Source of the DNA: Oscillospiraceae bacterium
GTDB taxonomy: Bacteria; Bacillota; Clostridia; Oscillospirales; Acutalibacteraceae
Assembly: GCA_009779495.1 (NCBI GenBank)
Contig: WRED01000003.1
Coordinates: forward strand, 8,459 to 72,458
Direction: 5' to 3'
Length of the DNA stretch: 64,000 bases
The notes below the pieces were generated by a model, which worked only from the letters and a program-made list of their open reading frames with translations, ran no database searches and had not been told where the DNA came from. Of the stretch, positions 43,359 through 53,427 are shown piece by piece (position 1 is the stretch's first letter; every line of letters starts with the position of its first letter). Made by a program: the position numbers and the translations under genes.

Positions 43359-44537
43359 TCACTCCGTCGCGAAATTCGTAAAGTAGCCCTGTATCAGAAC
43401 AACGGGCGTACCCCTGTCCCCGCTGCCGCTGACAAGATCGCACAGGCTTCCCAACAGGTCGGTGATCTGCCTCGGCGTCGTGCCCTGCGCCTGCATGTCG
43501 CCCACAAGGCTTCCGTCTTTCTCGCGTATGCGCTTCTTCATCGCGGCATCCAAAGCGTCCCCGGACAGCTCCGCGAACTCATTGTCGGCGAAATACTTCA
43601 TCTTCAACTCGTTCGGCGTACCCTTGAGCCTGTCGGTGTGCGACGGCGAAACAACGGGGTCGGCCAGCTCCCATATCCCTCCGACGGGGTCCTTAAAGCC
43701 GCCGTCACCGTAAACCATCACCTCGACGCTCTTGCCCGTGGCCTCTCTTAAAGCGGCGCAAAGCTTTGATACAAATATGTCGGTATCTTTCGGGAACAGC
43801 TTTATCTTGTCCTCCGTGGCCTTGTTTGAGCCAAGAAGCCCGTAACGCGGATTGTTCCCGCTGCCGTCCACGCTGCCCGTCAGTATCTCGTCAAGCCTGT
43901 ACGACCGTTCCGCGCCGCTGGACTTCAAGACGCGCTGCGTCCTGAAACGCGTGTGAATATCACAGTTGAGCACGTTTTTCGTATAGCCCAGTATAGTCCT
44001 TGGGTCGTTTGAAAAAATCAGCTCGATGTTATCGGAAAGGCCTTTGTAGTGCTCGATGTAATCCACGCCGGTAAAGCGGTGCACGGTTTCGCCGAAGATG
44101 TCGCGGAATTCCCTGTACGTGAAGCTGTCGGAGTAAGGGTTTACGCCCTTTTGGTCTATCTGATCCATGCTGATCAGGGAATTGCCGACCTCGTCCGCGG
44201 GATAGGAAAGCTGTACGTACAGCTTTTCGCAGCCCATCGCGATCGCTTTCAGAATGACGGAAAAACGGTTTCGGCTTAAAATCGGGAACACCGCCCCCGT
44301 GTCCTTTCCGCCGAGCTTTTGGCGGATGTCGGAGGCGATCTGCCCGCATGTCGCGTAATTGCCCTGCGTGCGGGCGACAACTGCCTCCGTCACGCCGATG
44401 ATGTCGCCGTCGCCGATGGCAAAGCCCTCCCGGGCCGACGCACGGAGCACGCTTTCGCAAATTTCTTTAATAAGGTCGTCGCCCTGCTTGAAGATCGGTG
44501 TAATGATCCCTCTTGCCGTTACTCCTGTGAAGCGCAT
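43359..44537 (-). CDS. CofE-like (F420-0:gamma-glutamyl ligase family) protein, long form
   Basis: Segments IGVTEAVVARTQGN, GLLGSNKA and GSGDRGTPVVLIQG resemble CofE-family motifs. RBS AAAGGA. Confidence 0.5.
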   Translation of the reverse strand: MRFTGVTARGIITPIFKQGDDLIKEICESVLRASAREGFAIGDGDIIGVTEAVVARTQGNYATCGQIASDIRQKLGGKDTGAVFPILSRNRFSVILKAIAMGCEKLYVQLSYPADEVGNSLISMDQIDQKGVNPYSDSFTYREFRDIFGETVHRFTGVDYIEHYKGLSDNIELIFSNDPRTILGYTKNVLNCDIHTRFRTQRVLKSSGAERSYRLDEILTGSVDGSGNNPRYGLLGSNKATEDKIKLFPKDTDIFVSKLCAALREATGKSVEVMVYGDGGFKDPVGGIWELADPVVSPSHTDRLKGTPNELKMKYFADNEFAELSGDALDAAMKKRIREKDGSLVGDMQAQGTTPRQITDLLGSLCDLVSGSGDRGTPVVLIQGYFTNFATE

Positions 44538-44590
44538 AAAATCAGATCCTTTCTATGTTAAGCTAAAATTTAAAACGTATTGCCCATCTC

Positions 44591-45658
44591 CTATCCCACC
44601 ACAAGCAATTCCTTGGTACACCCTGTCAAATTCTCATATCCGTCCTCCGTAACAAGCGCCATATCCTCAATGCGGACGCCGAACCTGCCCGGCATGTATA
44701 TCCCCGGCTCAACCGTCACCACGTTGCCAACCTCAAGTATCTCGTCGCTTTTCGGGCTGAGAAGCGGGTATTCGTGTACTAAAAGCCCCACGCCGTGACC
44801 CGTCCCGTGCCCGAAATACTCACCGTACCCCGCGCCCGCGATGAAGTTTCGCGCCGCCGCGTCGCAGTCCTTGCAGACGGCCCCCGCCCGGAGGGTATTC
44901 AGCGCGGCTGTCTGTGCCGAAAGCACGGTATCGTACACGCGCCGCTGCTCCTTTGAAAAACATTTCACCGCCACCGTGCGCGTCATGTCACTGTTATAGC
45001 CGTCCAGGGACGCGCCGAAGTCCAGCGTCAGCATATCCCCGGCACGGATCCTCCTGTGCGAGGGCACGCCGTGCGGCAGCGACGAGTTTTCCCCGCTGAC
45101 CGCTATGGTCTTGAACGCAACCTCGCCCGCGCCGTTTTTCAGCATATAGAAGTCCAGCTCAAGCCGGATCTCGCGCTCGGTCATGCCCTCTTTGATAAAG
45201 CCCAGTATATGGTCAAAGGCTTTCTCCGTGACCGCCTGAGCCGCCTTGATGAGTTTAACCTCTTCACTGTCCTTGACCCTGCGCAGGCTGTCAATGAGGC
45301 TGTCGGCCATATCGCCAAAAACAAGCCCGACGCCGTCCAGCATACTCTCATATTTCTCTTTCCGCGCCATGGTCATGTCCCGCGACTCCGCGCCGAGCCG
45401 CTTCACCAAGAAAGCCTCGCAGCGCTCTTTCAGAAGCTCCGGCAGCTTCGCCATATCCATCACGTCGCAGCAAACGATCCGCTTCCGCGCCGCCTCAAGA
45501 TACCGGCTGTCGGTAAAAAAGACGCTTCCCGCCCGGGACGCCAGCAGCAGTCCCGAGTCGCACCGAAAGCCCGTGAAATAGGCAAAATTCGCCTCCGACG
45601 TAATAAGCACCCCGTCAAGCTCCGCCGGTATGATGTCAATAAGTCTTTGCAGCTTCAT
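44591..45658 (-). CDS. Xaa-Pro aminopeptidase (M24B)
   Basis: HGTGHGVGLLVHEYP and VEPGIY metal-ligand contexts. The true start is the ATG at 45658 (MKLQRLIDI). The upstream extension covers a heptad array. Confidence 0.88.
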   Translation of the reverse strand: MKLQRLIDIIPAELDGVLITSEANFAYFTGFRCDSGLLLASRAGSVFFTDSRYLEAARKRIVCCDVMDMAKLPELLKERCEAFLVKRLGAESRDMTMARKEKYESMLDGVGLVFGDMADSLIDSLRRVKDSEEVKLIKAAQAVTEKAFDHILGFIKEGMTEREIRLELDFYMLKNGAGEVAFKTIAVSGENSSLPHGVPSHRRIRAGDMLTLDFGASLDGYNSDMTRTVAVKCFSKEQRRVYDTVLSAQTAALNTLRAGAVCKDCDAAARNFIAGAGYGEYFGHGTGHGVGLLVHEYPLLSPKSDEILEVGNVVTVEPGIYMPGRFGVRIEDMALVTEDGYENLTGCTKELLVVG

Positions 45659-45664
45659 AACAGA

Positions 45665-45700
45665 ACTCCTAATTCCTAATTCCTGACACCTGATTCCTCC
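45665..45700 (-). repeat. 7-nt periodic array GGAATCA-GGTGTCA-GGAATTA-GGAATTA-GGAG merging into the aminopeptidase RBS
   Basis: Sense strand reads GGAGGAATCAGGTGTCAGGAATTAGGAATTAGGAGTTCTGTT-ATG. The two TAGs are 7 nt apart. Confidence 0.7.
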
Positions 45701-45714
45701 GGCCAAAGGCCGGT

Positions 45715-45750
45715 GGGGCAAAGCAAAAGCAGGCTTGACCGCCTGCTTTT
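45715..45750 (-). terminator. intrinsic terminator after rpsU
   Basis: Sense strand reads AAAAGCAGGC-GGTCAA-GCCTGCTTTT followed by GCTTTG. Confidence 0.8.
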
Positions 45751-45756
45751 CCATTT

Positions 45757-45933
45757 CTACTTATACTTATGCTTGCGTGCGGCTTCCGACTTCTTCTTTC
45801 TCTTCACCGAAGGCTTCTCGTAGTGCTCCCTTTTGCGGACCTCCTGAATGATGCCGTCGCGGGAGGTCTGACGCTTAAAGCGCCGCAGAGCGCTGTCCAA
45901 AGACTCGTTTTCCTTTACTTTAACTTGACTCAC
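45757..45933 (-). CDS. rpsU: 30S ribosomal protein bS21
   Basis: [25 protein letters not shown] start at 45933 lies 8 nt after GGAGGGGAGGG and gives the canonical 58 aa. Confidence 0.9.
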   Translation of the reverse strand: MSQVKVKENESLDSALRRFKRQTSRDGIIQEVRKREHYEKPSVKRKKKSEAARKHKYK

Positions 45934-46122
45934 TTTATGTTCCCTCCCCTCCATGATTCACAGGGGTTTTATAAAGAGTATAAACCCTTTGTTAGCCCGC
46001 CTTGTTCGGTCATGCCGCGTAAACGCGGCGCGACTCTCACTTCGTTGGCTAATAAAAACCATAGATCATTATACAACACCGCCGCGACAATGTCAACCTT
46101 TAAATTATAAAAATATTTTTTA

Positions 46123-46225
46123 TACTACTCCGCAATTAGAAACATAGAAAAAGTCAAGCAAAAAACTTCGATATATGGATTTTTGCGCAGACTTTTTCGT
46201 GTATGTTTCTTATTGCGGAGTAGTA
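46123..46225. repeat. class C hairpin element (103 bp), copy 2
   Basis: Arms TACTACTCCGCAATTAGAAACA / TGTTTCTTATTGCGGAGTAGTA. It lies 4 nt from the leuS stop. Relative to copy 1 it carries a compensatory GC-to-AT double change in both arms. Confidence 0.8.
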
Positions 46226-46229
46226 TTAC

Positions 46230-48641
46230 CTATTTTACAACGATATTGACAAGCCGCCCTTTCACATACAGCTCCTTCAAAACCGTCTTGCCCCGGAGCA
46301 TTTCCGCGATCTTCGGCTCCTCCTTCGCCATAGCGACAGCGTCAGCCTCCGCGATATCCGCCGGTACCGTGAGCTTCGCGCGCACCTTTCCGTTGATCTG
46401 CGCCACGATCTCAACGGTATCCTCCCTGCATTTTTCCTCGTCCCATGACGGCCACCTCTGTCCGCTGATCCCGCTGCCGAAATTGAGCGTCTGCCACATC
46501 TCCTCCGTCACATGCGGCGCGAAAGGATTCAGCAGCAAAAGAAAAATCCTCAGCTCCTCTTTCGTGACGCTCCCGCTGTCATAAAACATGTTCAGCAGCG
46601 TCATCAGCGCGGCGATGGCCGTGTTTCCCTTGAGGCTCTCTATGTCCTGCGAAACTTTCTTGATCGTACGGTGAATGTCGCCCTCCATCTCCGGGCGGAT
46701 TCCTTTCTGATTGCTGAACCCTAATTCCTGCAACGCCCACGTCCTGTCAAGGAAGCGCCTGCACCCCCTGATGCTGGCCGAGTTCCACAGCACGGCCTTT
46801 TCAAAGTCACCGATGAACATCTCGTAAAGACGGACGGTGTCCGCGCCGTTTTCGTCTACGATGTCATCAGGATTGACCACGTTGCCCCGGGACTTCGACA
46901 TCTTCTCGCCGTTTTCGCCCAAGATCATGCCCTGGCTCGTGCGCTTCGCGTACGGCTCCTTCGTCGGCACGACGCCGATATCGTACAAAAATTTATGCCA
47001 AAAGCGGCTGTACAGCAGGTGGAGCGTCGTATGCTCCATGCCGCCGTTGTACCAGTCAACCTCCGTCCAGTATTCAAGGGCTTCCCTCGACGCCACGGCT
47101 CCGCCGTTATCAGGGTCGCAGTAGCGCAAAAAGTACCACGACGAGCCCGCCCACTGAGGCATCGTATCGGTCTCGCGTTTCGCGTCCGCTCCGCAGCATG
47201 GGCACTTGACATTGACCCAATCGTCCAGCTTCGCCAGCGGAGACTCGCCGTTGTCCGTCGGCTCATAGCTTTCGACCTCCGGCAGCTTGAGCGGCAACTC
47301 GGACTCCGGCACGGGCACAAAGCCGCAGTGAGGGCATATCACGATGGGGATAGGCTCTCCCCAATACCTCTGGCGCGAAAACACCCAGTCGCGCAGCTTA
47401 AAGTTGACCTTGCTCTCGCCCTTGCCCGTCTCTGTCAGCCACCCGGTGATTTTAACTTTCGCGTCCTCCACGCTCAAATCGTTCAAAAAGCCTGAGTTGG
47501 CCATCACGCCCGTTTCGCAGTCGGTAAACGCTTCACGCTCTATGTCGCCGCCTTGTACCACCTCGATGATGGGTAGACCGAACTTTTTCGCGAACTCCCA
47601 GTCGCGCGTATCGTGCCCCGGCACGGCCATAATGGCGCCCGTGCCGTAGGATACGAGCACGTAGTCGGAAATGAAGATCGGTATCTCGTTTCCGTTGACG
47701 GGATTTACGGCGCGGACGCCCTTCAGCTCCACGCCCGTTTTTTCTTTGCTTAACTCCGTGCGCTCGAAGTCGGACTTGCGCGCCGACTCCTCCTGATACG
47801 CCTTGATCTCGTCAAGGTTCGTAAGACGGTCCGCCCATGTGTCAATCAGCGCGTGCTCGGGCGAAATGACCATGTACGTGGCGCCGAAAAGCGTGTCGGG
47901 CCGCGTCGTGTAGACGCGTATGTCGCCGCCGGCCGTGGTGTGGAAATCCACCTCCGCGCCGGTGGAGCGGCCGATCCAGTTTTTTTGCTGGAACTTGACG
48001 CGCTCGATATAATCCACCTCGTCCAGATCGTCTATCAGCCGCTGGGCGTAGGCGGTGATTTTCAGCATCCACTGGCTCTTGACCCGGCGCACGACCTCGC
48101 TCCCGCAGCGCTCGCAGCCGCCGCTTATGACCTCCTCGTTGGCCAGTACGCACTTGCACGACGTGCACCAGTTGACTGCCATCTCCTTTTTATACGCGAG
48201 CCCTTTCTCGAAGAGCCTGAGGAAGATCCACTGCGTCCATTTGTAATAATCGGGATCGGTGGTGTCCACCTCGCGGCCCCAGTCAAAGGAAAAGCCGATG
48301 GACTTGAGCTGCCGCTTGAACAGCGCGATGTTCCTCTCCGTCACGGCCCGCGGGTGTATTTTATTTTTGATGGCGTAATTCTCCGTCGGCAGGCCGAAAG
48401 CGTCCCACCCCATGGGATAGAGCACATTATAGCCCTCAAGCCGCCTTTTGCGCGCGACGACGTCGAGGCCGGTATAGGTGCGCAAATGCCCCACGTGCAG
48501 GCCGTTGCCTGACGGGTACGGGAACTCCACGAGGCAGTAATATTTCGGCAGGGAAAAATCCTGCTTCGCGGCGAAAGTTTTTTCCTCGTCCCATTTGTCC
48601 TGCCATTTTTTTTCGATCGATTTGAAGTCGTAGGTTTTCAT
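46230..48641 (-). CDS. leuS: leucine--tRNA ligase
   Basis: 803 aa with [18 protein letters not shown] (HIGH), KMSKSRGN (KMSKS) and the CP1 editing domain. Confidence 0.95.
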   Translation of the reverse strand: MKTYDFKSIEKKWQDKWDEEKTFAAKQDFSLPKYYCLVEFPYPSGNGLHVGHLRTYTGLDVVARKRRLEGYNVLYPMGWDAFGLPTENYAIKNKIHPRAVTERNIALFKRQLKSIGFSFDWGREVDTTDPDYYKWTQWIFLRLFEKGLAYKKEMAVNWCTSCKCVLANEEVISGGCERCGSEVVRRVKSQWMLKITAYAQRLIDDLDEVDYIERVKFQQKNWIGRSTGAEVDFHTTAGGDIRVYTTRPDTLFGATYMVISPEHALIDTWADRLTNLDEIKAYQEESARKSDFERTELSKEKTGVELKGVRAVNPVNGNEIPIFISDYVLVSYGTGAIMAVPGHDTRDWEFAKKFGLPIIEVVQGGDIEREAFTDCETGVMANSGFLNDLSVEDAKVKITGWLTETGKGESKVNFKLRDWVFSRQRYWGEPIPIVICPHCGFVPVPESELPLKLPEVESYEPTDNGESPLAKLDDWVNVKCPCCGADAKRETDTMPQWAGSSWYFLRYCDPDNGGAVASREALEYWTEVDWYNGGMEHTTLHLLYSRFWHKFLYDIGVVPTKEPYAKRTSQGMILGENGEKMSKSRGNVVNPDDIVDENGADTVRLYEMFIGDFEKAVLWNSASIRGCRRFLDRTWALQELGFSNQKGIRPEMEGDIHRTIKKVSQDIESLKGNTAIAALMTLLNMFYDSGSVTKEELRIFLLLLNPFAPHVTEEMWQTLNFGSGISGQRWPSWDEEKCREDTVEIVAQINGKVRAKLTVPADIAEADAVAMAKEEPKIAEMLRGKTVLKELYVKGRLVNIVVK

Positions 48642-48644
48642 TTT

Positions 48645-48737
48645 TATGATCCACCCTTTTAAAGTTTTTGCGAAGCATAAAACTTACAGTTTGAAAAAAT
48701 AGCCAGCGGCATAAATGCCGGGCGTAATTTTTCAAGC
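48645..48737 (-). repeat. class B 5'-leader/RBS repeat module, copy C (upstream of leuS)
   Basis: Sense strand reads CTTGAAAAATTACGCCCGGCATTTATGCCGCTGGCTATTTTTTCAAACTGTAAGTTTTATGCTTCGCAAAAACTTTAAAAGGGTGGATCATAAAA-ATG. Confidence 0.75.
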
Positions 48738-48760
48738 TTATCCATCAGCCTTATTCCGAA

Positions 48761-49117
48761 TTACTGCTCTGTCAGCAAATTTGATATATCCACAACGCTC
48801 GCGTCCGCCCACAGCCGTTCGAGGTTGTAATAATCCCGGCTCTCCTTGTCGAACACGTGAAGCAGCACCGCGCCGTAGTCGAGTAAAATCCAGCCCGTGG
48901 CCCTGCCCTCGATGTGCCCGTCGTGTATGCCGATCTGCTCAAGCTCGTGCTCAACGTCCTCCGCCAGAGACTTTGTGTGCGTGCTGGACGTGCCCGTGGC
49001 GATGACGAAATAGTCCGCCACGATGGTCTGCTCCCGCACCTCGATGACCTTGATGTCCCGCGCCTTTTTGTTGTCAAGTATTTTTACGATTTTCTCCGCA
49101 AGCTCCTTCGGTGTCAT
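48761..49117 (-). CDS. rsfS: ribosomal silencing factor RsfS
   Basis: ADYFVIATGTSSTHTKSLAEDV...GWILLDYGAVLLHVF. ATG at 49117 lies 7 nt after GAAAGGAAG. Confidence 0.88.
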   Translation of the reverse strand: MTPKELAEKIVKILDNKKARDIKVIEVREQTIVADYFVIATGTSSTHTKSLAEDVEHELEQIGIHDGHIEGRATGWILLDYGAVLLHVFDKESRDYYNLERLWADASVVDISNLLTEQ

Positions 49118-49688
49118 TTGCCCGCTTCCTTTCAATCAATTCGTTATAACAGTTCACACTGTCGGGGTGGACTACCCTGCCCTTTTGTATCAGGCTCACG
49201 ATGGTGAATTCCTGCCCGAACAGCATGGCGTCCTCCAGGCTTGTTTCCGCCAGCCGCCGCATTTTTTCCACGCCGTTATACGTCCTGTCCTTTGAGATAT
49301 AGTCGGCGATGTAGATGATTTTTTCCAACAGGCTCATCCCGGCGCGGCCCGTGGTGTGGTAGCGCACGGCGCTTAAAATTTCAGGATCGCCGATTCCCAG
49401 CTCCGCTTTGATATAGGCCGCTCCGGCCATGGCGTGCCAGACCTTTTGATTGTGCCGCTCGCCTAAGGATAATATTATACCAGCTTTTTCTATGATTTTC
49501 AACTGTTCTTTTTTGGGCGCGTCTTTCATGATGTCGTGGAGCAGCCCCGCCGTATACGCCTTCGACGTGTCGCCGCCGAAACGCTCCGCCAAAAGCACCG
49601 CGCTTTCGGCCACGTTGAGCGAGTGGGCAAACCTGTCAGGAGTAAGCATTGACCGCAGTATATCTGTATATTCACTGTTTTTACTCAA
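49074..49688 (-). CDS. yqeK: HD-domain bis(5'-nucleosyl)-tetraphosphatase YqeK
   Basis: RFAHSLNVAESAVLLAERFG...GLLHDIMKD HD motif. TTG start at 49688 lies 7 nt after GAGAGGA and overlaps the nadD stop. Confidence 0.8.
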   Translation of the reverse strand: MSKNSEYTDILRSMLTPDRFAHSLNVAESAVLLAERFGGDTSKAYTAGLLHDIMKDAPKKEQLKIIEKAGIILSLGERHNQKVWHAMAGAAYIKAELGIGDPEILSAVRYHTTGRAGMSLLEKIIYIADYISKDRTYNGVEKMRRLAETSLEDAMLFGQEFTIVSLIQKGRVVHPDSVNCYNELIERKRANDTEGACGENRKNT

Positions 49689-50259
49689 GATATAGTCCTC
49701 TCTGCCGTATATAATCCGCGACGGCGTCCCCCGTCCACTTGCGCACGTCCTCTCCCTTGGCCGCAAGCTCCCGTATCTCGGTGGAGCTTATCTCAAACGG
49801 CTTCATGTCGTCGAAGATGACCCCTGATTCCTGTTCCCTGTCCCCTGATTCCCCGCGAATCTCGCGCCGCGCCGCGCATAACGTGCACATGGCAAGAATA
49901 TCCTCTGCGCGGTACCACCTGTGAAAGCTCTCCAGCATGTCCGAGCCGATGATCAGGTACAGCCGTTCGCCGGGGTACGTCTCCCGAAGCCGCGTGAGCG
50001 TATCGACCGTATAGCTTTTGCCCTCGCGCTCTATCTCCATCGCGCTTATCTCGAAGCGGCTGTCCTGTCCGAACATGAACTGGCACATCCGCAGCCTGTC
50101 CGCGGCGGGCGCGAGCTTTCCCGCGAATTTGTGCGGCGGCTCATACGTCGGTATCACGAGCGTCTTAGACAGAGAAAGCCTGTCCGCGAAACGGCGGACA
50201 AGCCTTTCATGTCCCAGATGGGGCGGGTTGAACGTCCCTCCGAATATGCCTGTGCTCAT
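49681..50259 (-). CDS. nadD: nicotinate-nucleotide adenylyltransferase
   Basis: GIFGGTFNPPHLGHERL and ISSTEIR motifs. Confidence 0.9.
   Translation of the reverse strand: MSTGIFGGTFNPPHLGHERLVRRFADRLSLSKTLVIPTYEPPHKFAGKLAPAADRLRMCQFMFGQDSRFEISAMEIEREGKSYTVDTLTRLRETYPGERLYLIIGSDMLESFHRWYRAEDILAMCTLCAARREIRGESGDREQESGVIFDDMKPFEISSTEIRELAAKGEDVRKWTGDAVADYIRQRGLYLE
49819..49854 (-). repeat. in-frame 7-nt periodic array inside nadD (GGAATCA-GGGGACA-GGGAACA-GGAATCA-GGGGTCA)
   Basis: It encodes ...RGESGDREQESGV... It has the same heptad type as the intergenic arrays, but with C or A where those carry the T of TAG. Confidence 0.6.
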
Positions 50260-51092
50260 TTGACGTTTACGCGCTTTGTCATGATGTCCCCCGTTAAGAG
50301 GTACAGCGCGACGCAGACCACAGCCTCAAAAATATATCCCAAAATCGGCAGCGGCAGAAACACGTTCGCGTTCTCGGCCAGCCCTATCATCGTTTCGCCC
50401 ACCGTCAGCCCGATGCCGTTTGTCGCGATTGCCAACTGCACGGGAATAAACGCCGCCGCGAGGTTCGCCGCATTCAATACGAGATAAATCGCGAAGTAGA
50501 CCAAAATAGCGGCTAAAACCGGGTTCAGCTTCTGAAACGATTTCGTGTTGGCTATCGTCAGCGAAAACGACACCTTGAAGATCAAAAACAGCGCTTTCAT
50601 GAACAGCAGCGCCACAAGCACCGCGATACTTTTTACGGCCGTCTCCGCGTCAGGCATCCCCATCATGGTTTGCAGCGTAGTGTATACCATGTTCACGATG
50701 TCCTTGAAGCTTTCACTCGTCTGGGCGATCCAGTAGAACAGCAGAAACGCGGCCACCGCGATAATGAACGCGAAGCTGATAAAGATCCACGCCAGCGACA
50801 CCACCGTTTTCGACGCGAGCAGGCTCTTGCCGCTGACCGGCAGCGTAAAGCTCAAATACCCCTGGTTGCCGTACAGGGACTTGTTGAACGTGCCGATGAT
50901 CGCGAACAGCGTGACCACGATAGCCGCTACGCATATCCCGACCAGCACTAGGCTTCCCGTGATCATGAGCGTACGGTTTTTGATGAAAAACACCAGCAGC
51001 ATGGCCAAAAAGGTGAACAGCGCGGACAGATAAATGCCGAACATCGAGTGCGCGGTGGATTTGAATTCATGCTTAATTAACTTGCCAAGCAT
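50256..51092 (-). CDS. ABC-2-type permease-like membrane protein
   Basis: Six TM helices. ATG at 51092 lies 9 nt after GGAGG. The stop overlaps the nadD start (ATGA). Confidence 0.6.
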   Translation of the reverse strand: MLGKLIKHEFKSTAHSMFGIYLSALFTFLAMLLVFFIKNRTLMITGSLVLVGICVAAIVVTLFAIIGTFNKSLYGNQGYLSFTLPVSGKSLLASKTVVSLAWIFISFAFIIAVAAFLLFYWIAQTSESFKDIVNMVYTTLQTMMGMPDAETAVKSIAVLVALLFMKALFLIFKVSFSLTIANTKSFQKLNPVLAAILVYFAIYLVLNAANLAAAFIPVQLAIATNGIGLTVGETMIGLAENANVFLPLPILGYIFEAVVCVALYLLTGDIMTKRVNVK

Positions 51093-51780
51093 ACTGGAAT
51101 ACCTCCTTGAATACGTCTTCGATCGTCCGCCCCCCACGCCTTAATTCCTCAACGCCGGCCTTGACGAGTACCTGGCCACGCCCTATCATGATAACGGAAT
51201 CGAAAATGCGCTCCACGTCGTATATCAGGTGCGTGGACAGCATGACCGTCGAACCCGCGGGGTGATTTTTCATAATCGTGTCCAAAATAAACGCGCGCGC
51301 CGCGGGATCGACGCCGCCCAGCGGCTCGTCGAGTATATACAGCCGCGCGTTTCTGCACATGACCAAAAGCAACTGGAGCTTTTCCTGCATCCCCTTTGAC
51401 ATGGACTTGATGTTCTGCTTCGCCGGCAGCTGGAACGCGTCCAGCATCTTGTACGCCTTTTCACGGCTGAAGTCGGCGTAAAAGTCCGCGAAAAACTCAA
51501 TCGCGTCCGTGGGGCGCATCCATTCCGCGAGATACGTCCTTTCGGGCAGGTAGGCCACCAGGCTTTTCGTGTAGGGCCCGGGCCTCTGCCCGTCTATGAG
51601 CGCGTCGCCGGAATAGTCGTTGATCAGGCCGACAAGTATCTTGATGAGCGACGTCTTTCCCGACCCGTTGGGACCCAAAAGCCCGATGATCTGGCCCTCC
51701 TCAAACTCGAAAGAGATATTGTCAAGCACCGGGTTCGCCCCGTAGGATTTGCTTAGGTTTTTGACTTGAATGATTGACAT
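51073..51780 (-). CDS. ABC transporter ATP-binding protein
   Basis: Walker A GPNGSGKTS, signature MSKGMQEKL and Walker B LYILDEP. Confidence 0.88.
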   Translation of the reverse strand: MSIIQVKNLSKSYGANPVLDNISFEFEEGQIIGLLGPNGSGKTSLIKILVGLINDYSGDALIDGQRPGPYTKSLVAYLPERTYLAEWMRPTDAIEFFADFYADFSREKAYKMLDAFQLPAKQNIKSMSKGMQEKLQLLLVMCRNARLYILDEPLGGVDPAARAFILDTIMKNHPAGSTVMLSTHLIYDVERIFDSVIMIGRGQVLVKAGVEELRRGGRTIEDVFKEVFQYAWQVN

Positions 51781-51840
51781 GTCTTGATTATTCCTCCTGC
51801 CGTAATGATCGTTGCAATATTATTCATTCTGCATTGAAAA

Positions 51841-53331
51841 TCAGTCGTTCGCCGTTAATTCTTCCATAACCTCATCCGGTATTTTCTCCGCCTCGCCGTG
51901 CCGCACCATCAGCAGCGCCAGCAGCGCGACCGCGAAGCATACCGGGCAGTACACGAACAGCGACGCATATGTCTGTGAAATCATCCGCACGACGCCGTAC
52001 GCGATCGGCGTGGCGATCTGCGCGGAAAACGTGGCGGTATAATAGTAGCCCGTGAACGTGCCGACCTTTTGAAGCCCGCCGATCTCAAGCACAAGCGGAA
52101 GCGTGTTGACCGTGATCATCATGTTCGCGAAGCCGCCCAGGATCAGCGCGACGTACACCAGCGAAAGCCCCTGCCCCGTCGCCTTATTCACGATCAGGTA
52201 CGCGACAAACGCCGCCATGAACAGCGACAGCCCCAAAAGTATCGTTTTTTTGCGGCCCAGCTTTTTGCCGAGCCAGCCCGCCGGAAGGGCGCCCAGAGCC
52301 GTGGCGATTCCGAACAGGGTCATCATGGCGGTTGCCTCAGCCACTTCCTTGTGAAGAATCTCCGCCGCGAAAAGGGCAAAGAACGTCTGTATGGCGTTCG
52401 CGCCGCAGAACAGGAAAAACAGGCACGCAAGCATGAATATAAGGCTCTTGCGCTCCGCTTTCGTCAGCTTGATCTCCTTGAGCCTTGCCTTTTCGGCTTT
52501 GGCGGCCTCCTTTTCGGCGAGACGGATAGCGGCTTTCCCCGCGGCTATGTTTCCCTCGGCCTGTACCTTTAGCCTGCTGTCCGGCTCGGGAACGAAGAAG
52601 AACACCACCGCCGTGCAGATCATCATGACGATCGCGGCAAAGATGAACACGTAGGGTATGTACTGCTCTGCGTCCGTCTCCTTGTTAAGGCTGAAAACAG
52701 CGCAGATGATGGTTCCGGCCTGAAGCGCCAAAAGCCCTCCTATGCCGCCGGTCAGGTTGATGATGGCGTTGCCCTGGCTTCTCAGCGTCGGATGCGTCAT
52801 ATCCGGCATGAGAGCCACGCAGGGCGCCCGCCACAGGGACATCACAAACACGAACAGGATGATGCAGACCATCATCGCGGGGATGGAGCTCATCTTAAGT
52901 CCCGCCTGCGGTATCGCGATGAAAAGCAAGGCCGATATGGGCGCGCCCAGTAAAATAAACGGCCTGCGCTTGCCGAAGCGTGAATGGCAGCGGTCGGACA
53001 GCTTGCCGAACGCCGGCTGGAATATCACGCCGAACACATTGTCGAAAGTCATGATAATGCCGATAAAGAGGGGCACCAGCGTAAATCCCCCGCCGGCCAA
53101 AGCGACTTCCTCGCCCTGCGCCTCCATGAATTCCACGAGAATCGGGAACCTTTCCGCCAGCGCCGCGCTCCAGCGCACGATGGTATCCGACGAGCCGAGC
53201 AGCCTGTCAAGGATCGTCGTCACATACGGGTCGTATATCCCCCACGCGATTGATGACGCCATGAATCCGAAGCCGATCAGGATCGTTTGCCTGTAGTCGA
53301 GCCGAAGCCCGCTTTTCGTTTTCTCCCCCAT
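51841..53331 (-). CDS. MFS-type transporter (GPH/SLC45-like)
   Basis: 12 TM helices with a long central loop. ATG at 53331 follows GAAAGGAAC. Confidence 0.7.
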   Translation of the reverse strand: MGEKTKSGLRLDYRQTILIGFGFMASSIAWGIYDPYVTTILDRLLGSSDTIVRWSAALAERFPILVEFMEAQGEEVALAGGGFTLVPLFIGIIMTFDNVFGVIFQPAFGKLSDRCHSRFGKRRPFILLGAPISALLFIAIPQAGLKMSSIPAMMVCIILFVFVMSLWRAPCVALMPDMTHPTLRSQGNAIINLTGGIGGLLALQAGTIICAVFSLNKETDAEQYIPYVFIFAAIVMMICTAVVFFFVPEPDSRLKVQAEGNIAAGKAAIRLAEKEAAKAEKARLKEIKLTKAERKSLIFMLACLFFLFCGANAIQTFFALFAAEILHKEVAEATAMMTLFGIATALGALPAGWLGKKLGRKKTILLGLSLFMAAFVAYLIVNKATGQGLSLVYVALILGGFANMMITVNTLPLVLEIGGLQKVGTFTGYYYTATFSAQIATPIAYGVVRMISQTYASLFVYCPVCFAVALLALLMVRHGEAEKIPDEVMEELTAND

Positions 53332-53427
53332 GGGTACCGTTCCTTTCAAAGTAAAATAGATTATATCATTTTAGAAAGCCCGTAAAAAGATATTTTATAT
53401 GAAAAATATTTGAACAAATTTACCTTT

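Noticed and set aside
45665-45700. The idea that every heptad array is a three-frame stop cassette.
   Set aside because: Hand mapping shows that only the arrays at 57353-57392 and 24951-24980 close all three frames. Those at 45665, 35108, 59013 and 59499 close one or two. The stop-ladder idea is kept only as one hypothesis within the periodic-array finding.
46720-46745. A GGAATTAGGG heptad-like string inside leuS (encoding QELGFS).
   Set aside because: It is a single unit within a well-conserved coding context with no periodic neighbours, so it is most likely coincidence.
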